This document shows positions 1-7,804 of a stretch of DNA of 64,000 nucleotides, one piece after another. The DNA is from Klebsiella phage KpLz-2_45. The stretch lies in sequence record MN871446.1. One strand, given 5' to 3'. Each line of letters starts with the position of its first letter. Position 1 is the stretch's first letter. Below the pieces are notes generated by a model. It was not told the DNA's origin. It saw only the letters and a program-made list of their open reading frames with translations, and ran no database searches. A program made the position numbers and the translations under genes.

Positions 1-1167
1 AGCGAGGTTGATTTCGTTATTGATAACAATACGTTCCCAATAATACCCGGTACCGGAAGCAATTGAACCACCGTCATCAACTCCCGCGGCGAGATGACCG
101 ATAAAATAACCTGCTCCAGAAACACTTCCGGAGTAATAACCTTTCAGGTAGATCTTTTCTCCCTCAAAGGCAGGTTTACGTGACCGTAATGCATCAAAAG
201 ATTCTACGCCGTAAAATCCCTGTGCGACTTGATCAAGGTTGATACCATAACTAGTGTTAATTTTGGTCGCACCAGTGCTGAGCGCTAACGTTGCCAACAC
301 TTCCGCCGGCGTACCCGATACACTGACGGTAATCTCCGCACGGGAGCCGCCCAGAATGACTTCGACAATGTCATTCGTACTGAGTGCCTTCGCCAGCGAA
401 ATAGTAGTGCTGTTCAATACCTCAAAGTGTTTGTTCAAGATCTGGCGGCTACCGTTAATGTAGATAGCAGTGACGGTCTTAAACGACCACGGCGGCGTTA
501 ATGTCGTTTCACCGCCTACTGCTGCACCGTCGTTATACAACCAGGAAACATTAACATAATCAGTGATACCCGGTTCTACAGGTGTAACAGGCGTACCCGG
601 ATAAGGGCGCGTGTATAATACAACAGTTGCACCTGCTGTCAATGGTCCTGCTAGTTTGACTTTGTTGGTTTCATTATCAAAAGTATAGTTGGTCCCTTTA
701 ATCTGATGACTTCCGTTAAGGAACATTTCACCTATATCGAAACAATCAAAAGGGATCCCAATCTCAGTTTCACCGCCGACAGCAGAACCGTTATTGTACA
801 CGTAAGAGACGTAAGAAGTATACGCACCAAACTGACCACCGCCAATCAATTTCCCGGTACCGTAAATGACCGCTGTACCGTTTTTGTATAAAGCGGTAGC
901 AGAAGCTCCATTGACGTTAACGAAGGCTGCTACGTAGTGCCGAGTGTCGTCTGTGAAGACGTAGAAAATCTCGTCTTTAACGGTATTGGAAATACCGTTT
1001 GCGATGGACGAGTAAGCGTTTTCAAATAAAAGATTAGCACGGATGTCATTAAGAGAAACGCGATAAGTTTCGTTCGTTTGCCCCGCTAATGCGACGGGTA
1101 AAACTGCAGATTCAGGGACTTTCCCTGTACTGACTAATTCAGAAATCTTTTTGCTGTAATTGCTCAT
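1..1167 (-). CDS. Tailspike/tail fibre protein, truncated at the window edge. N-terminal anchor domain and a shared linker module, followed by duplicated ~60-aa GGET repeats
   Basis: Manual reverse translation from the ATG at 1167 gives MSNYSKKISELVSTGKVPESAVLPVALAGQTNETYRVSLNDIRANLLFENAYSSIANGISNTVKDEIFYVFTDD. This is the same N-terminal KISEL...LLFENAY...FYVF domain seen in the four complete tailspikes downstream. Further along, the VESFDALRSRKP...SGTGYYWERIV module matches those at 5449..7493 and 7805..9763. The gene runs off the window start and is absent from the ORF track because no stop lies inside the window. Confidence 0.6.
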   Translation of the reverse strand, partial: MSNYSKKISELVSTGKVPESAVLPVALAGQTNETYRVSLNDIRANLLFENAYSSIANGISNTVKDEIFYVFTDDTRHYVAAFVNVNGASATALYKNGTAVIYGTGKLIGGGQFGAYTSYVSYVYNNGSAVGGETEIGIPFDCFDIGEMFLNGSHQIKGTNYTFDNETNKVKLAGPLTAGATVVLYTRPYPGTPVTPVEPGITDYVNVSWLYNDGAAVGGETTLTPPWSFKTVTAIYINGSRQILNKHFEVLNSTTISLAKALSTNDIVEVILGGSRAEITVSVSGTPAEVLATLALSTGATKINTSYGINLDQVAQGFYGVESFDALRSRKPAFEGEKIYLKGYYSGSVSGAGYFIGHLAAGVDDGGSIASGTGYYWERIVINNEINLA

Positions 1168-1205
1168 TGCAAGAAACCTCGTCTTAGGCAATGGGGAGGA
1201 AAATA

Positions 1206-1220
1206 GTCATAGGAAAACAA
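1206..1220 (-). promoter_or_regulatory. Conserved box TTGTTTTCCTATGAC (minus strand) 41 nt upstream of the ATG at 1167, immediately 3' of the terminator hairpin
   Basis: Variant of the repeated TTGTTTCGTATGAC motif; contains TATG; candidate phage late promoter. Confidence 0.35.
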
Positions 1221-1222
1221 AT

Positions 1223-1248
1223 AGAGAGGAGCCAAAAGGCTCCTCTCT
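1223..1248. terminator. Rho-independent terminator hairpin agagaggagcc-aaaa-ggctcctctct
   Basis: 11-bp perfect stem with a 4-nt loop; T-run on the minus strand after it. Follows the stop of the 1275..2999 gene. Confidence 0.7.
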
Positions 1249-1274
1249 ATAGTTTAAGATCTAGGATGTTATCA

Positions 1275-2999
1275 TTAATTTTGTTCGTACCACTTACCAT
1301 TAAAATAGTTAAACGTAACAATTTCATTTAAAGTAAGAGTGCGAGATGCGGATCCTTTCAAAACAATGGTGCTGTTATTGGCTAACGTAACGTTAGTATT
1401 CGCTGCATGGACCTTGATCTCTTGGGTATTGACGCCCCCAGTAAAGTTAGTTATTGTAGTAGCGGAACTCATGTTAAGGTACAAATAAGAAATACCATCA
1501 ACGGCTAAAGTGGTGCCCGATGTAAAAACCATGGATTTTTTAGACATGTTAAAAGGGCTGCCTAAATAATCATTGTTCTTATATTTTTGAGTACCTACTG
1601 CGGCTTGTACGTTTGGGGCGACCCAGTTATTCCATTGACTGTTAGATGAAGTTGTATCGTTAATCCCGTATCTTGGTGTAGTGCCATCTTGAGAATAAAC
1701 GCCAGCACCGACAAAAGTATTCAAAACACCGGAGACCGAGAAGCCATCATGGGTGTTAGCTGCGGCGGAACCGATACCAATTGCAGTAGGGTTACTGAAA
1801 GTGTTCGTTGAGCCAGTAACAACGAAACCATCACCCATACATCTATCTGCACGCGCCCCTGAAAAACGAGACCGCGTGCCATCGACGTAAATCCCGATTT
1901 CACCAAACTCACCGATAGTATCAGTGATGAAATGATTACTACCGCCGATCCTGAGAGCAACTGCCAATTTATTACCAGCTATAGTACTAAAACCACTTTG
2001 TCCATTAGCTTCGATTCTGAATAAGAAATGATCTGTCCCTAATATATCAACTGCCCCTTTCAATGTAGTGAAATTAGCTCTGTCATACATTGTGTTTAAA
2101 ACAATGATGTCCTGGATTACACAAGCTATAGAGCTAGAGAGGAGGCGTATACCTTGATTCTTTGTACTGTTAACGCCTACATGACTAATTACACAATTGC
2201 CTGAGGCTACTTCTATTCCACAGTCCAAATTAGCCGAACCAATAATAGTTATATTTCTGATGGCTGAGCTATAACCATTAACTACAATACCGCGACCAGA
2301 ATGTGTACACTTAATCGCAGAAGGATCATTCTGTGAATAATTACGCATTCCGTTGATACCAGAAAGATGGTGTCCAGAAGGAATTATAATTTCTTTGCCA
2401 GAGATCCATAACCCTTCGGAAATTTCACAATGGGTCGCGTCAGAAAGAACTTCATTGATCAAGTCACCAAAATCATCGGTGCTAACTCTTAACTTAATAT
2501 CATTGTACTTATTTTTTGTAACTGCGCGAGCTAGTTCAAATTTAGAACCATTACGCATGTCCGATAAAGTAGGTAAATAAAGTCCACCTACGTAATCCGC
2601 AAAACGTAAACTATCAACATCGGATGATAAGGTGGTCGGTAATGTTGCAATTGAACGCACTTGTCTACTTGTTGGTAATCTGACTTGTTCATTGTCATAA
2701 CCCAGAATAGGATTAGCCACACCACTATTATTTTGGTATTGCAACACCCACAATTTCGCCGCGCTTTCATAGACGAAAAATACGTCCCCTGACGCGGTTC
2801 CGTTCAGGCCCGCATCCACAGACAGGAAAGCGTTCTCGAAACCCAGCGTTTGACGAAGGTCGTTAATTTTGGTGGATTTAGTGAAAGGAACCCCTGCACT
2901 GGTTTTGGCGTTAATCGGGACGACGTCATTCTCTTTGATGACGCCTGCGTCACCGAGTTCAGAAATTTTGATTCCGATAGAATCTGAAGTCTTAGGCAT
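1275..2999 (-). CDS. Tailspike with a right-handed beta-helix (pectate-lyase-like) C-terminal domain
   Basis: 574 aa. N-terminal IKISELGD...LRQTLGFENAFLS...FFVYE anchor motif. Downstream repeats such as IVVNGYSSAIRNITIIGSANLDCGIEV...NCVISHVGV are typical beta-helix glycanase/depolymerase repeats. Confidence 0.8.
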   Translation of the reverse strand: MPKTSDSIGIKISELGDAGVIKENDVVPINAKTSAGVPFTKSTKINDLRQTLGFENAFLSVDAGLNGTASGDVFFVYESAAKLWVLQYQNNSGVANPILGYDNEQVRLPTSRQVRSIATLPTTLSSDVDSLRFADYVGGLYLPTLSDMRNGSKFELARAVTKNKYNDIKLRVSTDDFGDLINEVLSDATHCEISEGLWISGKEIIIPSGHHLSGINGMRNYSQNDPSAIKCTHSGRGIVVNGYSSAIRNITIIGSANLDCGIEVASGNCVISHVGVNSTKNQGIRLLSSSIACVIQDIIVLNTMYDRANFTTLKGAVDILGTDHFLFRIEANGQSGFSTIAGNKLAVALRIGGSNHFITDTIGEFGEIGIYVDGTRSRFSGARADRCMGDGFVVTGSTNTFSNPTAIGIGSAAANTHDGFSVSGVLNTFVGAGVYSQDGTTPRYGINDTTSSNSQWNNWVAPNVQAAVGTQKYKNNDYLGSPFNMSKKSMVFTSGTTLAVDGISYLYLNMSSATTITNFTGGVNTQEIKVHAANTNVTLANNSTIVLKGSASRTLTLNEIVTFNYFNGKWYEQN

Positions 3000-3023
3000 T
3001 ATACTACCCTCAAGTGAAAGAAT

Positions 3024-3037
3024 CTCATACGAAACAA
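3024..3037 (-). promoter_or_regulatory. Conserved box TTGTTTCGTATGAG (minus strand) 28 nt upstream of the ATG at 2999
   Basis: Near-identical to the boxes at 5407..5420 and 7767..7780; immediately follows the terminator at 3040..3065. Confidence 0.4.
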
Positions 3038-3039
3038 AA

Positions 3040-3065
3040 GAGAAGAGGGTCGTAGCCCTCTTCTC
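3040..3065. terminator. Terminator hairpin gagaagaggg-tcgtag-ccctcttctc with T-runs on both sides
   Basis: 10-bp perfect stem; TTTTTT 3' on the plus strand and CTTTTGTTT on the minus strand. Confidence 0.7.
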
Positions 3066-3074
3066 TTTTTTAGA

Positions 3075-5288
3075 TTACCAACTAGAAAGAGCAGCTCTTA
3101 CCCAAGTATTAGTTGCAATACAAACGTAGTAATAACTACTATCAGCCGCCCATTGTCCTACAGTACCGGGAGCTGTTGCATTAGCAGGTACTGCGACTTT
3201 AACGCCAACTGGATTCCCTGCCACGGTAACGGCTCTTGAAAAATAACCATCCCGCCACTGAAGAGCACTTGTCCCAAAATCATAAAGGTTCGTCGCATTA
3301 GGGACTACTGTCCCCATGAAGTTGAACTGACTGGCGCCTCCGTTAGCAACAAAATTCATACCGGATAAATAACTGGTTAATGTCATCGGTCCGGTGTTAC
3401 CAAGTAAGATTCTACCCCCTAAAGTCGTGTTACCGTAAGGATAAAAATCCAGTCTCCTGTCTCCACTTGTAGTGTTATTATTTCCTATTTGGAGAATATT
3501 ACCACTGGAGATAGAGGCTGTTGTTTTAATAAGGTAACCGCTTATCGTCCCATCCTGAGCCACCGAAAGAATAGGTGTTGTCGGGTTGAAAGCACCATCT
3601 GTATTGGTGTAATAAATAGAAAGGGCGCTGTTATTATCGCTATCCACATCGATAATAAATTTTCTCGTCGCTACTTTGACGTCGTTAATGATCAGGCCGC
3701 TAGTAATTCTTCTCGTAAAGTTATTGATGGCGCAGTTTATCAGCTGATAAGCTCTTTTACCTTGTGTACTAGCGCTGACGTCAAAGATAGGGGCTACTGT
3801 AGAGTTACCGGAAACTTCAGAGAATGCGCTGGAGAAATAACAGCTATCGAAAACACGCCCGGTATTAGTACTTGTACCAAATCTAATCATTGGTACGTGG
3901 ACAGCGCTGTCATAACCAACTGCGGACTTCCTTAAAGTTTGGAAAGTACATCCAGTGAATTTAATAATCCCTTGGTTGATGAATCCTAATTCGTAAGTGC
4001 CCGCTGAATCTGTTCCGCCAGAACCATTATCGGTAAAAATTACTGTATCGAAATTAAACTGCGTACCGCCGCCCAAATTAAACCATTTTGCACCGTAGAA
4101 GTGAGTCTCAATATGACCGCCTTCAAATTTAATGTTGTGGTGCGTACTGGAGGTAGGAGTTGGGTCTACTTTAATAGCTACGTAGTTTTTAGTGTACGTC
4201 GTTTCAATGTGTGGCCTGATGAACACAATGTTGTTGGAGTTGTCCGTGGCCTGAGGTAAGAAATGAATCCCTGTCGCAGGATTGTTTGTATCATTATCAT
4301 CAACGGCAACAAACCCAGTCATGTAGATACAGTCGAAAACCGCATCGTAACACTGACCGAATGTTAAAGCTTTAGTGGGCGACATGAAGTTAAGGTTTGA
4401 AAATCTTCCACCAACAGCCATTGAGTTAGCGGTTACTTCACTTCCGAGTTTAATGTAATAAGCAAAAATGCCCGGTTCTTTAATAAACGTTAACCCGTCC
4501 ATTTCAAGGCGCCCGCCCGTGAAAGTAAAGAGAAAATCTTTATTCACGTTAGAAGAAATATAAGCACCTTTTCCTAGAATCCTAAACCTTGGTTTTCCAG
4601 TCTCATAGCTGATAGCGCTTAAGTCTTTAACTATTTTACTGTCGAGTCGATATTTACCTGGCGGGAAAAATAACCACCCCGAGGCATATCGTTGAGCGTT
4701 AGAGATATTGATTTCTTTTTGATAAATACATTTATCTATTGCTGCGCTAACTGCCGGAGACCAATCCCAAGTAGAGGGGTCATTAGGATTATCTTTTTTG
4801 GTGACTAGACTTGAAAACTCCCAAATATTGATAGGTAGGCTATTTAATGCTTTAGCCGCGCTCTCCGCGCTTAACTCGATCTCTTTACGTTGATAGCCAA
4901 CTTCATCAGCTCCATTATTAGACATAATTCCATCAACGTCACCACGTATTACTTTTATACCGTAACCGGTATAATTAATTTTAGCAGTACCGTCCGAGTT
5001 AAAAATCTGTTCTGCAACTCCGTTGCGGTTGACATATGCTTTAACTGTCGTTTTTTCTGCATCGACATAAACGTAGAAAATTTGATTAGGGACAGTACCC
5101 GCAAGACCCGCTACTGTCGTAGTGAATGCGTTTTCGAAATTTAGCAGGGAGCGTAAATCAGAAATCTCCATCGCTTTAGATTCGGTTATTCCCGCTTCAT
5201 TCTGAGCGATAAATACGACATCAGAATCATTTACCGGTTTCGATGGTCGATCCATTTCACTGAGTTTTACAAAGATCTCACTGGCCAT
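3075..5288 (-). CDS. Tailspike, pectate-lyase_3-like beta-helix protein
   Basis: 737 aa. N-terminal KLSEM...LRSLLNFENAFTT...IFYVYVD anchor. The segment ...AVSAAIDKC...FFPPGKYRL...GKGAYISSN... is typical of P22-like/pectate-lyase-3 tailspikes. Confidence 0.8.
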   Translation of the reverse strand: MASEIFVKLSEMDRPSKPVNDSDVVFIAQNEAGITESKAMEISDLRSLLNFENAFTTTVAGLAGTVPNQIFYVYVDAEKTTVKAYVNRNGVAEQIFNSDGTAKINYTGYGIKVIRGDVDGIMSNNGADEVGYQRKEIELSAESAAKALNSLPINIWEFSSLVTKKDNPNDPSTWDWSPAVSAAIDKCIYQKEINISNAQRYASGWLFFPPGKYRLDSKIVKDLSAISYETGKPRFRILGKGAYISSNVNKDFLFTFTGGRLEMDGLTFIKEPGIFAYYIKLGSEVTANSMAVGGRFSNLNFMSPTKALTFGQCYDAVFDCIYMTGFVAVDDNDTNNPATGIHFLPQATDNSNNIVFIRPHIETTYTKNYVAIKVDPTPTSSTHHNIKFEGGHIETHFYGAKWFNLGGGTQFNFDTVIFTDNGSGGTDSAGTYELGFINQGIIKFTGCTFQTLRKSAVGYDSAVHVPMIRFGTSTNTGRVFDSCYFSSAFSEVSGNSTVAPIFDVSASTQGKRAYQLINCAINNFTRRITSGLIINDVKVATRKFIIDVDSDNNSALSIYYTNTDGAFNPTTPILSVAQDGTISGYLIKTTASISSGNILQIGNNNTTSGDRRLDFYPYGNTTLGGRILLGNTGPMTLTSYLSGMNFVANGGASQFNFMGTVVPNATNLYDFGTSALQWRDGYFSRAVTVAGNPVGVKVAVPANATAPGTVGQWAADSSYYYVCIATNTWVRAALSSW

Positions 5289-5319
5289 AATTGTACCTTA
5301 CTTTGTCTCTAATAGTCAA

Positions 5320-5334
5320 TTGTACATACGATTG
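5320..5334 (-). promoter_or_regulatory. Degenerate box CAATCGTATGTACAA (minus strand) about 35 nt upstream of the ATG at 5288
   Basis: TCGTATG core shared with the conserved late box; sits in the divergent region between two tailspike genes. Confidence 0.25.
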
Positions 5335-5406
5335 ACAGCTTGAAAGAATACGTTTCGGTTTATTATACATTAACTAGAGAAGGATGCGGAAAAGCTCCTC
5401 TCTTTT

Positions 5407-5420
5407 TTGTTTCGTATGAC
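5407..5420 (+). promoter_or_regulatory. Conserved box TTGTTTCGTATGAC, 31 nt upstream of the ATG at 5449
   Basis: Exact 14-mer repeated at 7767..7780; an imperfect hairpin-like GAGAAGG...CTCCTCTC element precedes it. Confidence 0.45.
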
Positions 5421-5448
5421 CATTTTTATTTACGTTGGAGTTGTGAAA

Positions 5449-7493
5449 TGACCGATATCACTGCATTGAAAATCTCTGAACTATCGCCCAGTTCTAATCC
5501 GTCAGAGAATGCGTTTCTTCCGCTCTCAGAAGCGAACGGAATCGCTTCTGAAAAAGTCAGTATTGGTACCCTCAGAGAAACGTTAGGTTTTGAGAACGCG
5601 TACAGCACGATTGCTGGCGCGCTCAATGTAACTACGGAAGGGAATGTTTTCTTTGTTTACGAAGACAGTACGCGAGACTATGTTTTGGGGTATGTAAACC
5701 AAGGGAACGGAACCTATTCTGCATTAATGTCAGACAGTACGACACAAGTTCGCTACGCGACGAATGCGCATATTGTCAACTCTTTATTCATGTTACAAGG
5801 AGTAGAAAGTTTCGATGCGTTACGTACCCTCAAACCGTGGTACGAAGGACAACGTGTCACGTTGAAGAGTTACTACAAAGACGGGGTTACGGGTGCTGGT
5901 ATCTTCATTGCGCGTTTAGGAGTAAATGCAGATGACAACGGCACGATTGCCGCGGGGAACGGATTCTACTGGCAACGGATTATTTCTGATAAGTTGTCTT
6001 TTGAGGACTTTGGTGCAGTCGGGGGCGGCGTACTGGACGATACTAGTAATATTCAAAAAGCGGTCAACTACTGTGCCAAAAATGGCATTGCACTAACGTG
6101 TTTAGGGAAAGTATACGCGGTCAGTACCGTAAATTTCCCAACCGATTTAGTGATCGATATGCGTAATGCAGTACTTTTGTCGCTGCCCTCTGTTACGACG
6201 GGTTATACCTTAACAATCAGCGGCTATTTGTCACCTGCGGCTAATCCAGGGAAATTTGATAATATTCGCGTTCAGCGTACCTTAATTAATACTCATCAAC
6301 CCGACACTAACAGTGTCGTAGACGGCGTGTCATTTGGTGTCGATGCGCACAATATTTCCTTCTACAATCTTAAGGTCTCTGGGTTTAGGGACGGGGTTTG
6401 TTTTAACGGGAAGAGTGCTTACCTCATTCGTTTATACAGCCCAATCATCGGACAATGTTGGCGCCGAGGGATGGCCTTTTATGCGAATACTGATTCTAAT
6501 GAGAACGTGACTATTTACGGTGGCGTGATTGCAGATTGTTGTAATTTTACTTTCGACGGTACCGGGCTCTACTTATCAGGGAGTGCCTCGAGTATCGATG
6601 TCAGGTTCTTTGGAACCAGTTTTGATTATTGCGACATCTCAGTTGATATTTATCAGTCTAACGTCGAGCTCCACGGTTGTCACTTGGAAAACAATAACAA
6701 CAACCCTCATATTCGACTTTCGTACACCTCAACCAAAAACCAACCCTATCTGATCATGAAAGGGGGAACAATGGGCGGCGGACCGAACGCGAACTCGTGG
6801 AGCGGTATTCCGATAGAAAATAGTACGGGTCGCCCTTACCTCGTCTTCATTACTAACACTGGCGGTGCCCACGTAGATATTGATGGAACTGACACCAGTA
6901 AATACATGACAGGAGTCAGGAGAACTACCGAGATCGTAGGTGTAGAAGGGGATAACTACCAGTTGATCGGGACCTTAAGGGTGAGGAACAAAATGACCTC
7001 TGGAAACATGGATAACGCCAGCCGCCCCATGCGACCTTGTAGTGCTCTTAACGTGATTCTGATCAACCAGTATCAAACTGCCGCATGGACACCGAGTTAC
7101 ACTAACGCAGACCTAACTTATACGATTGATACTACGAATTACTCTAACCCTAATTCACCGCACTCACGAAAAATTACACAAGGAAGCGTACGTAACGTCT
7201 CTTACTGGCAGGACGTGACACTGCGCGGCGGAGATATCTTCCACGCGGAGGCCGAAATCAAAATTACTTCGTTGACGGCTGGTTACGTCGCACTTCGAGT
7301 GGATTTTTACGACTCTGCCGGGAACGTAATACAATCGTCAATCAAATCTGTATCTGCGGTGACGACCGATTGGAATAACGTGTGGGTCTGGTTACGTGCG
7401 CCAAACGGTACAGTCAAGGCAAAAGTTCAAGAGTACTTAAACGGCTTTGTTGGAACAGCATATTTCACCAATGAACACGTTTGGATTTCTTAA
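5449..7493 (+). CDS. Tailspike with a beta-helix C-terminal domain and a C-terminal carbohydrate-binding-like domain
   Basis: The ORF track starts at 5340, but GGAG-N9-ATG at 5449 gives MTDITALKISEL...LRETLGFENAY...FFVYED, matching the shared anchor. The VESFDALRTLKPWYEGQRV...AAGNGFYWQRII linker module is also present. Beta-helix repeats follow (HNISFYNLKVSGFRDGVCFNG...). Confidence 0.8.
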
Positions 7494-7506
7494 GAAGGAA
7501 CTCACT

Positions 7507-7728
7507 ATGTTTCAAGTAGGCGACACCGTTCGCATCCTTTCTTGTCAAACTCGAGAAGACTTAGTTGGGAAAGAAACGACCATCAGTGCACTGGACGCTA
7601 AACTGAAAGATTTGGCTTGGGCAGATATCTACGGAATGGATCAATATATTTCGGTGGTCATCGATACCGATGCACGGTTTATTGCGGCTCAATTGGAACT
7701 CGTAGCCAGTGACATTGAAGGCTCTTAA
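7507..7728 (+). CDS. Small 73-aa protein between two tailspike genes (hypothetical; possible fibre assembly/chaperone)
   Basis: The ORF track starts at 7447 inside the upstream gene. AAGGAA-N8-ATG at 7507 gives MFQVGDTVRIL.... Ends 6 nt before the terminator. Confidence 0.4.
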   Translation: MFQVGDTVRILSCQTREDLVGKETTISALDAKLKDLAWADIYGMDQYISVVIDTDARFIAAQLELVASDIEGS

Positions 7729-7734
7729 GTTATA

Positions 7735-7766
7735 GGCAATGAGGGGACCTAAGTCCCCTCATTGCC
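7735..7766 (+). terminator. Terminator hairpin ggcaatgaggggac-ctaa-gtcccctcattgcc
   Basis: 14-bp perfect stem followed by TTGTTT. Confidence 0.75.
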
Positions 7767-7780
7767 TTGTTTCGTATGAC
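7767..7780 (+). promoter_or_regulatory. Conserved box TTGTTTCGTATGAC, 27 nt upstream of the ATG at 7805
   Basis: Identical 14-mer to 5407..5420; directly abuts the terminator stem. Confidence 0.45.
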
Positions 7781-7804
7781 AATCCTCTTTCAGGAATAAA
7801 AAAC

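Noticed and set aside
1721-1960. Many short ORFs nested antisense or out of frame inside long genes (e.g. 1721..1960, 2353..2580, 3489..3935, 8657..9052, 19809..20048, 22093..22473, 28627..29037, 31126..31538, 53078..53456).
   Set aside because: They are fully contained within much longer coherent ORFs that carry recognisable domains. They have no RBS and skewed Ala/Arg/Ser composition typical of alternative-frame artefacts.
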